A stretch of DNA of 64,000 nucleotides from Patescibacteria group bacterium (GCA_038063415.1 JBBTVD010000006.1:137948-201947), one strand, 5' to 3'. Positions 26,827 to 37,089 are shown, numbered from the stretch's first letter. Translations and numbers: made by a program. The notes: generated by a model from the sequence alone, not told the origin.

Positions 26827-27831
26827 TTATAATGCTCGTAGCTCTTCTTCGATAAACGAATCCAGGTCTCCGTCAAGAATCTTGTCAGGATTACCACTCT
26901 CCACATTAGTTCGCAAATCTTTCACCATTTTATACGGATGGAGGACATATGAGCGGATCTGATTCCCCCAACCAGGCGTTTTGTACCCACCTTTAAGGGC
27001 TGCTTCTTGCTTCTTGCGTTCTTCTTCACGAATTACCCATAACTTGGCCCGAAGCAATTTCATGGCAAACTCACGATTTTGGCTTTGAGAACGTTCTACT
27101 TGAGCTGTCACCACAAGACCCGTTGGTTTATGCTTTAGCCGCACTGCGGTTGATACTTTATTGACGTTTTGCCCACCATGCCCACCACTACGAAAAGCAT
27201 CAAATTCGATATCGTCTTCTTTGAGAAGTTCCGTATCATCATCAGGAACCTCAGGCATTATCTCAACAAGTGCAAATGATGTTTGGCGCAAACTGTCCGA
27301 ATTAAAAGGAGACAATCTCACTAGTCGATGTGTCCCCGCTTCATGTTTTAAGTGTCCATACGCATACATACCCGTGATCGCGATCGTAATACTTTTGAGA
27401 CCTGCCTCCTCTCCTGGTGTTTGATCAAGAATTTCATACGACCATCCTTTTCGTTCGCAATACCTGGTATACATACGAAAAAGCATCTCTGTCCAATCCA
27501 TAGCTTCCGTTCCTCCTTGACCGGAGTGAATACCAAGAATAGCATTGGATTTATCGTATGATCCCGAAAAGAAGAGAAGCGCTTCTAGCTTTTTAAGTAA
27601 TTTTTCTGCTTCAGCAGTCTCACCTTCTTCCTGCCACATTTGCAGGAGTTCTATTTCTTCAATCTCTTTCTGGAGCGTCGTTAACTCTTTCATTTTCTTC
27701 CCAGCAGTCTGATGATCCTGCCAGAAGTCGGCATGCATACTTTCTTTTTCCAGCTCAAGAATTCGTTTTTGCTTCTCCGGGATGTTTACCGTCGTTACCA
27801 ATTTATTAATACGTTCTTTAAGATTTTCCAT
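26827..27831 (-). CDS. prfB: Peptide chain release factor 2 (no programmed frameshift)
   Basis: [19 protein letters not shown] (SPF), [21 protein letters not shown]. Confidence 0.95.
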   Translation of the reverse strand: MENLKERINKLVTTVNIPEKQKRILELEKESMHADFWQDHQTAGKKMKELTTLQKEIEEIELLQMWQEEGETAEAEKLLKKLEALLFFSGSYDKSNAILGIHSGQGGTEAMDWTEMLFRMYTRYCERKGWSYEILDQTPGEEAGLKSITIAITGMYAYGHLKHEAGTHRLVRLSPFNSDSLRQTSFALVEIMPEVPDDDTELLKEDDIEFDAFRSGGHGGQNVNKVSTAVRLKHKPTGLVVTAQVERSQSQNREFAMKLLRAKLWVIREEERKKQEAALKGGYKTPGWGNQIRSYVLHPYKMVKDLRTNVESGNPDKILDGDLDSFIEEELRAL

Positions 27832-27834
27832 AGA

Positions 27835-28209
27835 TTATTTTGTCGTTTCTAGTACTCCATTCACCTGATCTGTCACAAATTCCTTTCCTACTTCTATATC
27901 CTGAGGAACTTTTTGCAGCCGCATAATTGCTCCAAGTATATCAGAAATCTTTGTATCAAGAATGTCTTCTTTGACAACTTCTGCATTTTTGCCAAGATCT
28001 TTGACAATTTGTTCATTGATCTTTTCTGCACGCTTTGTTTCTGCACCTTTTACTACTTTTTCCTCTTCTTCTTCAGTTTCTTCAGCAGCAGGAAGCAAGG
28101 ATGCAAGATCAACCGTAGGAATTGAAGGAATACCTGAAGAAAAGACAAAAAAGCCAATGCCGCCAAGGAAAACGGTTATCAAAAATATTTTGAGAAAAAA
28201 GAACATATA
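27835..28209 (-). CDS. Hypothetical membrane-anchored protein
   Basis: N-terminal TM and acidic region; start uncertain (about 28206-28251). Confidence 0.6.
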   Translation of the reverse strand, partial: YMFFFLKIFLITVFLGGIGFFVFSSGIPSIPTVDLASLLPAAEETEEEEEKVVKGAETKRAEKINEQIVKDLGKNAEVVKEDILDTKISDILGAIMRLQKVPQDIEVGKEFVTDQVNGVLETTK

Positions 28210-28216
28210 AAACTGA

Positions 28217-29218
28217 TCAGGCAACCATATTCTGTGGCTTTTGCTCGGCAAAGTCGAGGATATTTTGAACCGTCACATCAAGAATCATCTGGAGTGCTTC
28301 ACGACTATTAAAAGCATTATGTGGCGTCACAATGACATTCTCATTGTTCATCAAGAGATGATTATAGTACAAGGTTTCAAAATCAGGACGTTTTTGGAAA
28401 CGCTCTGTCAAAATCTCGCGTTCTTCTTCAATAATCCCTTCTTGTTCAAGCACATCAAGTCCAGCTCCTCCCAGGATCCCTTTTTCAAGACCAAACAAAA
28501 TAGCTTCTGTCTCAACAATTCCTCCGCGTGCCGTATTGATCAACAAGCTTCCCTTTTTGAATCGTTTAATATTTCGTTTATTAATGAGATGTTGGGTTTG
28601 TTTGGTATACGGTAGGTGGATACTTACGATATCTGATGCACCAAGAAGTTGGTTAACGGTAAGAAAGGTAATGCCATATTTTCTTGCCAATTTTTCATCC
28701 GGGTGACGCGCATAGGCAACGACCTTCATCCCAAACCCTTTGGCAATCTTTGAAACTGCTATACCGATATCTCCAAGTCCTAAAATACCGAGTGTCTTCC
28801 CGGAGATATCCATTCCCGTTAATTCGTGATGATCAAATTGGCCTTGTTTGGTTCGTTGCAACGAAGCATAAATCTTGCGAGTAAGACCCAGAATAAGTGC
28901 AAAGGTATGTTCGGCAACGGTATGGGTGCCATAGTGTGGAACATAACAGACAACTACTCGTTTCTTCCGACAAAAAGGGACATCGATATGATCATATCCT
29001 GTTGAACGGGTCGAAATAAGTTTGAGATTGGGCATTTTATCAAGTACTTCTTTGGTGGGATGGGAAGTAATAAAGATAGAAACGATGTCTACATCCGCAA
29101 ATTGAGAAGCATTTTCTTTGGTAAGAGGCTCTGGATGAAAGATAAGGGTATGGTCAGCCAACTTTTTCTGAAGGTATATTTGTTCCCATGTTTCTACTTC
29201 AAAAAAGGCTATTTTCAT
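28217..29218 (-). CDS. D-isomer 2-hydroxyacid dehydrogenase (D-lactate dehydrogenase-like)
   Basis: RSTGYDHID, VAEH, GLGDIG, INTARG, LDVLE, TPHNAF. Confidence 0.92.
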   Translation of the reverse strand: MKIAFFEVETWEQIYLQKKLADHTLIFHPEPLTKENASQFADVDIVSIFITSHPTKEVLDKMPNLKLISTRSTGYDHIDVPFCRKKRVVVCYVPHYGTHTVAEHTFALILGLTRKIYASLQRTKQGQFDHHELTGMDISGKTLGILGLGDIGIAVSKIAKGFGMKVVAYARHPDEKLARKYGITFLTVNQLLGASDIVSIHLPYTKQTQHLINKRNIKRFKKGSLLINTARGGIVETEAILFGLEKGILGGAGLDVLEQEGIIEEEREILTERFQKRPDFETLYYNHLLMNNENVIVTPHNAFNSREALQMILDVTVQNILDFAEQKPQNMVA

Positions 29219-29356
29219 ACAGCCATCATAGCACAGGCCAGCCTATGACTGTCAAATTACGATAATTTATTTTACCTGAGTATGCGTATCTGAATATGAT
29301 TGAAAAAATTATTGGAGAAATTAAAAATAGGGAGAAATTTAGGCTAGAGTAGGAAC

Positions 29357-31744
29357 TTATCTACTGAATCTCTTTCGTGGAGGGAATTTTGCATCGCGCT
29401 CTTCACGGCTTTCTCGGCGAAGCTGACGTGCAAGTGGATGTTCATTTCCAGCCTCTGCAGGCTGTTGTCTATCTGAAGAAAAGTTCCGTGGTCCTCGGTT
29501 ATTGTCTCGAGAGAAGCGTGATGATCCTCCGCCGGACCTGTTGCCACCACCAAAAGAACGTTGTGGACGATCTGAACGATAGCCGCCGCCTTGTCCTCCT
29601 TGTGGAGCTGAACCACCTTCACCTTGTGGCTGTTCAGGTGCATCACCAAAGAGCATAGAAAGATTAATTCTTCCTTGTTGGTCTTTTTCTTCAACGCGAA
29701 CCTTTACAATATCACCAACAGAGACTACCTCAGATGGATCATTAACAAATCCATGACGCATCTTTGAAACATGAACCATACCTTCACGACCTGGAAGATA
29801 TTCAATAAATGCTCCAAAAGGCAATAATTTCTTTACAGGACCTTCAAATACTTCACCAGGAACAACATCTCGAGTCATGCCACTAATCCAATCAACTGCT
29901 TTTTTGACGGCATCTTCAGAAAGACCTGAGACAGCAACGGTTCCATCATCTTCAACATCAACCTGTGCACCAGTCTGTGCAATGATAAGTCGAATGTTTT
30001 TGCCTCCAGGACCAATAACTTCACCAATTTTGTCGACAGGAACTTGGATAAGTTCAATCTTTGGTGCATATTCTGAAACACTTGTTCGTGGTTGAGGGAT
30101 AATTGCGAGCATCTTCTCAAGAATCTGCATACGTGCACTGCGTGCTCTTGCCAAAATCTCAACAACTTGCTGATCGGTCAGACCAAGAATCTTCACATCA
30201 AGTTGAATTGCAGTAATACCAGTTTCTGTTCCAGCAACTTTGAAGTCCATATCTCCTGAGAAGTCTTCAATACCGATAATATCCGTCAATAATTCATACT
30301 TATCTCCATCAGACATCATACCAACAGAAATACCGGCAACTGGTTTGGTGATTGGGACACCAGCATCCATAAGTGCAAGTGTTGAGCCACACGTTGAAGC
30401 CATAGAGCTAGAACCATTTTGCGAAAGTACTTCAGAAACCAAACGAATCGTGTATGGGAATTCTTTTTGTGATGGGATAACCGCTTTGAGTGCACGTTCT
30501 GCAAGTGCACCGTGACCGATTTCTCGACGTGATGCACCCATAACTCGGCCTGTTTGACCAAAAGAGTATGGAAGTCCTGAGTAATGATGAATAAATCGCT
30601 TTATTTCTTCACCTTCTGCAGATTCAATAACCTGCTCAAGACGAGGTGAACCAAGTGTTGCAATAGTAAGCGCTTGTGTTAAGCCTCTTTGGAAGAGTGC
30701 TGAGCCATGCGTTCTTGGAAGCACACCTGTTTCGATACCGAGTTCTCGAATTTCATCAAGCTTTCGGCCATCCATACGCTGTTGTTTTTCAACCACATTT
30801 CGACGAATAATCTTAAACATGACTGTCTCAAGTGCCTGTAAAATAATTTTCTTATCAAACTCTGCACTTGCATCTTTGGCTTTTTCTTGATCAAAAATCA
30901 TATCAACCAGTTTATCGGTTCCATCGCCGCTGGTTTCTTTTTGTGCTCGCTCTTTTGCGAGTTCAAGGATTTCTTTTTGATACCCTTTATCAATCAGAGC
31001 AACCATAGCTGCCATAGCTGCATTTGGGATGACTTCTGATTTTGGTTGACCTACTTTTGAGACCAATTCTTCTATTGAAGCAATCATCTTGCTAGTCTCT
31101 TCATGAGCAAAAGCAACTGCTTCAGCCATGTGAGCTTCAGATACTTGCAACGCACCAGCTTCAATCATGTGTGTTTTTTCTTTGGTTTGTGAGACAACAA
31201 TATCAAGTTCTGAGGTTTCCTGATCAGTAATCGTAGGGTTAAATAAGTAGTCGTATTTACCTTCTTCGTTCTTGACGAGTCCCATACGGATGGCACCAAT
31301 TGGACCTTTCCAAGGGATACGAGACATACTGAGCGCTGCAGACACTGCATTGAGTGCCAGGATATCAGCATCGTTCTCAGCATCTACTGAAAGCACAGTA
31401 ACAATTACTTGTACTTCTTTTTTGTATTCTTTAGGGAAAAGCGGACGAATAGAACGATCAATTAACCGACCACTGAGAACTGCTTCATCAGAAGGACGGC
31501 CTTCTCTTTTTACCCAACGACTTCCTTTGATCTTTCCACCAGCATAGAGACGTTCTCCGTATTCAACACTGAGTGGGAAATAGTCCATGTCAGGACGGAG
31601 TTTACCTTCAACGACAGTTGCAAGCACAACGGTATCACCAAGGCGAGCTACGATTGCTGCTGTTGCTTGTGGTGCAAGATGGCCTGTCTCGAGTGTGAGT
31701 GTTTTTCCTGCGAATTCTAACGAAACTGAAACTTTTTTATTCAT
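29357..31744 (-). CDS. pnp: Polyribonucleotide nucleotidyltransferase
   Basis: RLIDRSIRPLFP, RREIGHG, SQNGSSSMAS, GDMDFKVAGT, KH and S1 domains, G/R-rich tail. Confidence 0.97.
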   Translation of the reverse strand: MNKKVSVSLEFAGKTLTLETGHLAPQATAAIVARLGDTVVLATVVEGKLRPDMDYFPLSVEYGERLYAGGKIKGSRWVKREGRPSDEAVLSGRLIDRSIRPLFPKEYKKEVQVIVTVLSVDAENDADILALNAVSAALSMSRIPWKGPIGAIRMGLVKNEEGKYDYLFNPTITDQETSELDIVVSQTKEKTHMIEAGALQVSEAHMAEAVAFAHEETSKMIASIEELVSKVGQPKSEVIPNAAMAAMVALIDKGYQKEILELAKERAQKETSGDGTDKLVDMIFDQEKAKDASAEFDKKIILQALETVMFKIIRRNVVEKQQRMDGRKLDEIRELGIETGVLPRTHGSALFQRGLTQALTIATLGSPRLEQVIESAEGEEIKRFIHHYSGLPYSFGQTGRVMGASRREIGHGALAERALKAVIPSQKEFPYTIRLVSEVLSQNGSSSMASTCGSTLALMDAGVPITKPVAGISVGMMSDGDKYELLTDIIGIEDFSGDMDFKVAGTETGITAIQLDVKILGLTDQQVVEILARARSARMQILEKMLAIIPQPRTSVSEYAPKIELIQVPVDKIGEVIGPGGKNIRLIIAQTGAQVDVEDDGTVAVSGLSEDAVKKAVDWISGMTRDVVPGEVFEGPVKKLLPFGAFIEYLPGREGMVHVSKMRHGFVNDPSEVVSVGDIVKVRVEEKDQQGRINLSMLFGDAPEQPQGEGGSAPQGGQGGGYRSDRPQRSFGGGNRSGGGSSRFSRDNNRGPRNFSSDRQQPAEAGNEHPLARQLRRESREERDAKFPPRKRFSR

Positions 31745-31842
31745 GTAATTCTTTTTTCTTTCTTTTCCTTCTTCTTCAAATGCGTAGATTATCTGTCTTC
31801 AACGATCTCTGAAGTATGCTAACTTTTGTATTATACCTGTTC

Positions 31843-32112
31843 TTAGTCTTTAAGTCCAATCTTTTGTAAAATAGTCTTCGTACGACCTTCGTCAACTTTC
31901 TTTAAGAAGTTAATAAGTCTTCGACGTTTTGCAATCATTGAGAGTAAACCACGTCGGCTGTGTACGTCATGGATATGTTCTTTCAAATGTTCTGCAAGTC
32001 TTGCAATTCTGTTACTCAAAAGAGCAATCTGTACTTCAGGGCTTCCGGTATCACCCTCTGCGGTCTGGTATTGCTTAATAATATCTTGTTTTTGCACTGT
32101 TGATAGCGGCAT
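31843..32112 (-). CDS. rpsO: 30S ribosomal protein S15
   Basis: DTGSPEVQIALL...HLKEH.HDVHSRRGLL; start reassigned to 32112. Confidence 0.96.
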   Translation of the reverse strand: MPLSTVQKQDIIKQYQTAEGDTGSPEVQIALLSNRIARLAEHLKEHIHDVHSRRGLLSMIAKRRRLINFLKKVDEGRTKTILQKIGLKD

Positions 32113-32119
32113 AGTGTGT

Positions 32120-32148
32120 ATTATAACATTTATTTTCCTGACGTGCAA
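32120..32148 (-). promoter_or_regulatory. sigma70 promoter of rpsO (leaderless)
   Basis: Minus strand TTGCAC-17 nt-TATAAT, ending 7 nt before the ATG. Confidence 0.6.
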
Positions 32149-32426
32149 GGAATGACATAGCGTATATCTTGAAAAGAGATGGTTCCGCAGCGGAACGTAA
32201 AGATCGCAACAATAATAACTATCAGAACCAACAGCAGTATTATCCACGGAGCATACGATAAACCAATCTGCCAACGGGATTTTGCTTGATTTTCCAAAGC
32301 AAGACGTGCCTTATCAATAACGATGATACTTTGCTTGTAGTCATTTCGTACTTGCTGTAAATCTTTATTCCAAGCACTAAGCGTTTCAAGCAGCTTACGC
32401 AAGAGTTCTTGTTCGGTTGTGTTCAT
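32130..32426 (-). CDS. Hypothetical protein (coiled coil plus TM)
   Basis: 98-aa ORF filling the intergenic space in operon orientation. Confidence 0.6.
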   Translation of the reverse strand: MNTTEQELLRKLLETLSAWNKDLQQVRNDYKQSIIVIDKARLALENQAKSRWQIGLSYAPWIILLLVLIVIIVAIFTFRCGTISFQDIRYVIPCTSGK

Positions 32427-32442
32427 AATAAGTAGGAGCGGG

Positions 32443-32637
32443 CTAGGCAGAGAACAGTTTTGGATGCTTTTGTCTCATCTGTTTTCTCGTTTTTCTGAGT
32501 AAAAGAAGATTTTTATCAATCTCTTGCAACAAAGAAAAGAGTTGCGGTATGACTTCATTTTTTGATAATTGTTCTTGATTGTTTCCGGCTGATCTCATCT
32601 TCATACTCATTGTAGTACCAAAAACCCAATTTGGCAA
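32443..32637 (-). CDS. Small hypothetical protein
   Basis: Co-oriented ORF filling the gap; start uncertain. Confidence 0.4.
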   Translation of the reverse strand: MPNWVFGTTMSMKMRSAGNNQEQLSKNEVIPQLFSLLQEIDKNLLLLRKTRKQMRQKHPKLFSA

Positions 32638-32643
32638 GGTTTC

Positions 32644-33588
32644 TTACCCTTCAAAATTTGAAGAGCCTTTGTACACTTTTGGAGACAACCAATCAACTGG
32701 TGGACGATCTTCAGGAGAGGGAACATCGCTACTCGTTAGTGGAGGCTGGGGCATGGGTTGTGTTGGCTGTGGTACTTGCATAGGTACTGGTGGTTGCTGG
32801 GGCAATGTTCCAAAAGGATTTGCTGATGGCTGCATAGTCGATACTGGAGTTGCTATCCGTTTTGCTCCTCTTTTCATAAGGATGGAGACAATTTCAAAAG
32901 CTAGTGCACTCGTTGATGGATCTTGGAAACCCTTTGTCGCAGAACTAATACCATTAAAAAGATTTTGTGCTGAGTCCTGATCAAACTGAAAACCAAGTGA
33001 CAACAGAATATCTGCCATGTGTTCACTAACAGAAGATCTGTTTGTGGCAACCATCACGACGTCTCCAAATCTTTGATTGTGTTGCTTCACATCAATATTG
33101 ACAATCTTAATGTCTTGCAATTTTTGTGCATCGATAACGCTGGAAAGATCAGCAAGCGAAGGCGTGCCAACAACAATGAGCAGATCAATAGATCCACTTC
33201 CTTTAACATATTGCACGTCTTTCTCTTCAAAAGAAAGCCCTAATTCTCCAGCTTTGACAATAATATTCAGAAGTCCTTTTTGTTCATCAAGTGTATAGGA
33301 AACTTTTTCGATTTCGCCATCACGATAAGGGAAAGAAACAACGAGATCACCAGCTTCGCCACCTCCAAGTTTTTCCTGGACATGATTTATACCCACTAAC
33401 CCGGAAACTTCTACTATGGGACTTGTTGCAGAAGCAATAGATACCTGTTTATTTGCATTTTTAAGAAGCAGATAGAAAGAGAGCGCTGCTGCCATATCAT
33501 CCAAAGATGGATGTGGCCCCACTGCAATACCAATACTAGTACTGGTACTAAGTGCTTCTTTTATCTTTTGTAGTACATTACTATCCAT
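32644..33588 (-). CDS. Degenerate DHH-family (NrnA-like) protein
   Basis: PSLDDMAAALS, INID..HNQRFG, SSVSE, AQNLFNGI...T.GF; DHH replaced by DVK; sits downstream of infB, where nrnA often lies. Confidence 0.75.
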   Translation of the reverse strand: MDSNVLQKIKEALSTSTSIGIAVGPHPSLDDMAAALSFYLLLKNANKQVSIASATSPIVEVSGLVGINHVQEKLGGGEAGDLVVSFPYRDGEIEKVSYTLDEQKGLLNIIVKAGELGLSFEEKDVQYVKGSGSIDLLIVVGTPSLADLSSVIDAQKLQDIKIVNIDVKQHNQRFGDVVMVATNRSSVSEHMADILLSLGFQFDQDSAQNLFNGISSATKGFQDPSTSALAFEIVSILMKRGAKRIATPVSTMQPSANPFGTLPQQPPVPMQVPQPTQPMPQPPLTSSDVPSPEDRPPVDWLSPKVYKGSSNFEG

Positions 33589-33609
33589 AGTTTTTATTAG
33601 TAGAGATTA

Positions 33610-35076
33610 CTAACTATGGGATATTAGCATATCGCCTACTAAAATGTCAAGTGGTGCAGTAAAGACAAGACCGGCTTCATGGCCTTTTTCTACTTTTGAC
33701 GTGGGATTTTTATTAATACGCAACGATTGGAGGGTAGTTTCACCGACAACTGTCTCTCCACGCATAATTCGAACCTTGTCACTTCGAGCAATTCTTCCCT
33801 CTATAACTGATATCCCAAAGGCATAGGTCTTTTCAAAGGGAAATTTTGCCAAAATAGTTGCTTTTCCAAAAACCTGTTCCATTTGTGACAATAGCTTTCC
33901 TTCAAGTGCATCAGAAAGCTCATCAAGGAGTTCATAAATAATCTCGTAGTTTCTTAATAAAACTTTCTCTGTGTAGGCAAGCCGTACAACGTCAGGTCTC
34001 AGTTTGGTGTTGAAGCTTAAGATGATGCTTCCGGTTGATTTTGCAAGAAGCACGTCAGCTTCAGTGACCTCTCCTGTTTTTTTGGATATAACGCTAATTT
34101 CTTCTGGAAATGCTTGAATAATAGCTTCAAGAGAACCCTGGGTATCTGCTATTAAAATAACAGAAATCCCTGTCTTTTCTTTTTCTATTTGGCGGTACAC
34201 TAACTCTCGTTGCAATGGAGCAGATGGCGTCTCTTTTTCTTCGCGAGTGGATTGTTTTTGACGAACAACAGCACCAACTTCAGGTACTTTTTGTAAGCCA
34301 ATAACTTCGACTGCTTCTCCAACGGTTGCTTGCTGTACCTGGTTACCAGTTGGCGAGACAAGTGCCCGTACCTTAAAGATATCCGAGGCTACCTGGAATT
34401 CGCTGCGAACGGTAATGGTACCGTTTTTGATAACAATGGTTGCTTTTGGCCCTGCTCGATTATCGAGACGTGATTCAATCACAATAGCCTGAAGAGGAGC
34501 CTCAGAGGATACTTCCTTTGTATATTCTGGAGACTTGTGCATATCAAAATAGAGTAAAATCAAATCTAACAGTTCTTGAATATTTTGGTTGGTCTTTGCT
34601 GAAACAGCAATGGTCGGAATATCGCCTCCATAACCTTCGAGTGATACTTGCTCAGCAAGAAGCGATTGTTTCGCTTTCTCAGGATTAGCAGTTGGTAAAT
34701 CGATCTTGGTAATAACAACAATAAAAGGGGTTTTGGTAGCTCTAAGGACTTCGATACTTTCTCTCGTTTGTGGCTTAACCCCATCAGTAGCAGAAAGAAT
34801 CAGCAGGGCAATATCGGCAACTTGTGCGCCTCGACCACGCATCTTGGTAAAAGCTTCATGACCTGGTGTGTCAATAAAGGTAATATTTCGATGTTTGCCT
34901 TCATGTTCGATTTCGATTGAAGAAGCACCAATAGTCTGCGTAATACCACCTTTCTCACGTGTAGCCAGAGACGTTTGGCGGATGGCATCAAGGAGGGTAG
35001 TTTTACCATGGTCAACATGGCCGAGAACGGCTACGACAGGAGGATAGACTGAGTGTGACGTATTTTTTTCATCCAT
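33610..35076 (-). CDS. infB: Translation initiation factor IF-2 (lacks N-terminal domain)
   Basis: PPVVAVLGHVDHGKTTLLD, GGITQ, DTPGHEAF, ADTQGSLEAI, IIYEL. Confidence 0.95.
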   Translation of the reverse strand: MDEKNTSHSVYPPVVAVLGHVDHGKTTLLDAIRQTSLATREKGGITQTIGASSIEIEHEGKHRNITFIDTPGHEAFTKMRGRGAQVADIALLILSATDGVKPQTRESIEVLRATKTPFIVVITKIDLPTANPEKAKQSLLAEQVSLEGYGGDIPTIAVSAKTNQNIQELLDLILLYFDMHKSPEYTKEVSSEAPLQAIVIESRLDNRAGPKATIVIKNGTITVRSEFQVASDIFKVRALVSPTGNQVQQATVGEAVEVIGLQKVPEVGAVVRQKQSTREEKETPSAPLQRELVYRQIEKEKTGISVILIADTQGSLEAIIQAFPEEISVISKKTGEVTEADVLLAKSTGSIILSFNTKLRPDVVRLAYTEKVLLRNYEIIYELLDELSDALEGKLLSQMEQVFGKATILAKFPFEKTYAFGISVIEGRIARSDKVRIMRGETVVGETTLQSLRINKNPTSKVEKGHEAGLVFTAPLDILVGDMLISHS

Positions 35077-35125
35077 ACTATGCTTTGCATCTGTTTTTCC
35101 ATACCTAATTGAGAATTCAGAAGAT

Positions 35126-36133
35126 TTATGCTTTTTCTTCCTTAACAGGTTCTGAATCTTCTACTGATGCTTGCTCTCCTTCTGCAGCTTTCCCTTCAAT
35201 CTCAATTCGGTATTTCGTTAATTTGTAAGCAAGTCTTACATTTTGTCCATCCTTACCAATAGCCAAAGAAAGCTCTTCTTGAGGGACAAAAACGTGTGCA
35301 ATCTTTTCAGCTTCATCAAGCTCAACACGAACGTTTTTGGCAGGAGAGAGAGCCTGAACGATATAGGTTTTACTATCTTCTGACCATTGAATAATATCAA
35401 TTTTTTCAAGTCCACCCAATTCCTGGATAATTGCCTGTACTCGGACACCCTTCTGGCCGACACAAGAACCAACTGGATCAATACCAGGCTGTGCTGAATA
35501 GACAGCTACCTTTGAACGATTACCTGGTTCACGAACAACATCTTTGATCTCAACACTTCCTTGAGCAACTTCAGGGACTTCTCTTCTAAATAACTCTTCA
35601 AGCAGTCCATTTGCAGCTCGAGAAACGATAATCTCGTCCCCTTTTGTTCCCTGACGGATATCAACAAGGTAAAAAACGAGTCGTTGATTGAGATGATATT
35701 TCTCATTTTGGATTTGCTCAGAGACTGGCATGATTGCCTCAGCTTTGCCTAAATCGACAATAATATTGGGTCCGGCAAACCGAAGCACCATCCCATTGAC
35801 GAGTGTACCGATTTTCACTTTGTAATCTGAGAAAATTGCTTCTTTTTCTTTCTCACGAATTTTCTGAAGAATAACTTGCTTTGCTGTTTGAGCAGCGATT
35901 CTACCAAATCCTGGTGGTGTAACATCTTTATCTTCTTGGAGGATATGTGCTTCACCAGTATTTGGGTCAAGTTCTGCGGTGAAGGTTTCAAGGTCAGCTT
36001 CCGGGTGATCTTTACGGTATGCGGCAAGGATAGCGTTCTTGACTGTTTCAAGAACGACTTTGACGTCAACTCCTCTTTCTGAAGCGACTTGATTTAGAGC
36101 TAATGCAAATTCACTACGTTGTATCGCTGGCAT
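35126..36133 (-). CDS. nusA: Transcription termination factor NusA
   Basis: FGRIAAQTAKQVILQK, REPGNRSKVAV, DPVGSCVG, SLAIGKDGQNVRLA; start reassigned to 36133. Confidence 0.96.
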   Translation of the reverse strand: MPAIQRSEFALALNQVASERGVDVKVVLETVKNAILAAYRKDHPEADLETFTAELDPNTGEAHILQEDKDVTPPGFGRIAAQTAKQVILQKIREKEKEAIFSDYKVKIGTLVNGMVLRFAGPNIIVDLGKAEAIMPVSEQIQNEKYHLNQRLVFYLVDIRQGTKGDEIIVSRAANGLLEELFRREVPEVAQGSVEIKDVVREPGNRSKVAVYSAQPGIDPVGSCVGQKGVRVQAIIQELGGLEKIDIIQWSEDSKTYIVQALSPAKNVRVELDEAEKIAHVFVPQEELSLAIGKDGQNVRLAYKLTKYRIEIEGKAAEGEQASVEDSEPVKEEKA

Positions 36134-36140
36134 ATGGGTA

Positions 36141-36169
36141 AGTATACCAGAATGAGGGAAAACCTTCAA
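36141..36169 (-). promoter_or_regulatory. sigma70 promoter of nusA-infB (leaderless)
   Basis: Minus strand TTGAAG-17 nt-TATACT, ending 7 nt before the ATG. Confidence 0.55.
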
Positions 36170-36247
36170 GCAGTGCATCTTAAGGGTTTGTTATAAAAGA
36201 TATAGTAAATACTTTCTCTTTTTAGTAGAATAATATAAATTTGTTTT

Positions 36248-36892
36248 ATGAACCGCATTAAGGTCTTTATCAGTTACTCGTCTAAGCAAAAAATTATTGG
36301 AGGAAGGTTTAAATACTACCTTAACAATTATTGTGGCTATGAAACTTTTATTGCACACGACGATATTCCGCCATCGTCTATTTTTGAGGAAGAAATATTA
36401 AAAGCAATTGAGAGTACCGATCTCTTTATTCCGCTACTTTCTGATAAATTCAAAACCTCTGACTTTACTGATCAAGAAACAGGAGTCGCAGTAGGTATGA
36501 AAAAGAAAATTTTTCCCATAAAGCTACAAGATCTCAACCCTTATGGCTTTATTAACAAATATCATGCTTTACAATATAAGGAATATCCATCAAATTATTT
36601 TCCCAAGGACAACAGTAAAGAACTTGTTCTAGCGATCGCTCAGGTGTGTTTAAAAAATGAAGTATATCGAAGTAAGGCAATTGACTCGCTCCTTTATGCC
36701 TTTTGTCGAAGCACTTCTTTCGAAATAACAAACACTATTATAGAGCTCCTTTCTCGTCATGATCAGATGACATCAGAACAGCTTGATAAAATTACTACGG
36801 CAATAAAGACTAATGTACAAATTTCTGGAGCATGGGGCTTAGAAGAATTTAAGAAATTCTTACATACTAAGTACAACTGGAGCATTGACTGA
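36248..36892 (+). CDS. TIR domain protein
   Basis: KVFISYSS, FIAHDDI, ILKAIESTDLFIPLLS..F..SDFTDQE (catalytic Glu position), IFPI; helical C-terminus. Confidence 0.88.
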   Translation: MNRIKVFISYSSKQKIIGGRFKYYLNNYCGYETFIAHDDIPPSSIFEEEILKAIESTDLFIPLLSDKFKTSDFTDQETGVAVGMKKKIFPIKLQDLNPYGFINKYHALQYKEYPSNYFPKDNSKELVLAIAQVCLKNEVYRSKAIDSLLYAFCRSTSFEITNTIIELLSRHDQMTSEQLDKITTAIKTNVQISGAWGLEEFKKFLHTKYNWSID

Positions 36893-36922
36893 AGAAAGAG
36901 GTGCTTGTAAGATATAAATAAG

Positions 36923-37063
36923 ATGAAAACTAAAATGCAACAAGATACAAAAGAAAAATATGAGGAAGTTATTAAGCTTGTGAAAAAAGCTGAAAAAACT
37001 GCACAAAAATTTATAGAGGAAAATAAACGTACTGAGTCGAAGCTACGAATAGGGTACTCTTAA
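36923..37063 (+). CDS. Small hypothetical protein (46 aa)
   Basis: Not in the ORF track. MKTKMQQDTKEKYEEVIKLVKKAEKTAQKFIEENKRTESKLRIGYS, 30 nt after the TIR stop. Confidence 0.4.
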   Translation: MKTKMQQDTKEKYEEVIKLVKKAEKTAQKFIEENKRTESKLRIGYS

Positions 37064-37089
37064 CAGCCTCTTTAGGATTTCTTTATAAT

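Noticed and set aside
27700-27831. Programmed +1 frameshift in prfB
   Set aside because: The reading frame is continuous from ATG 27831 and no CTT-TGA site is present.
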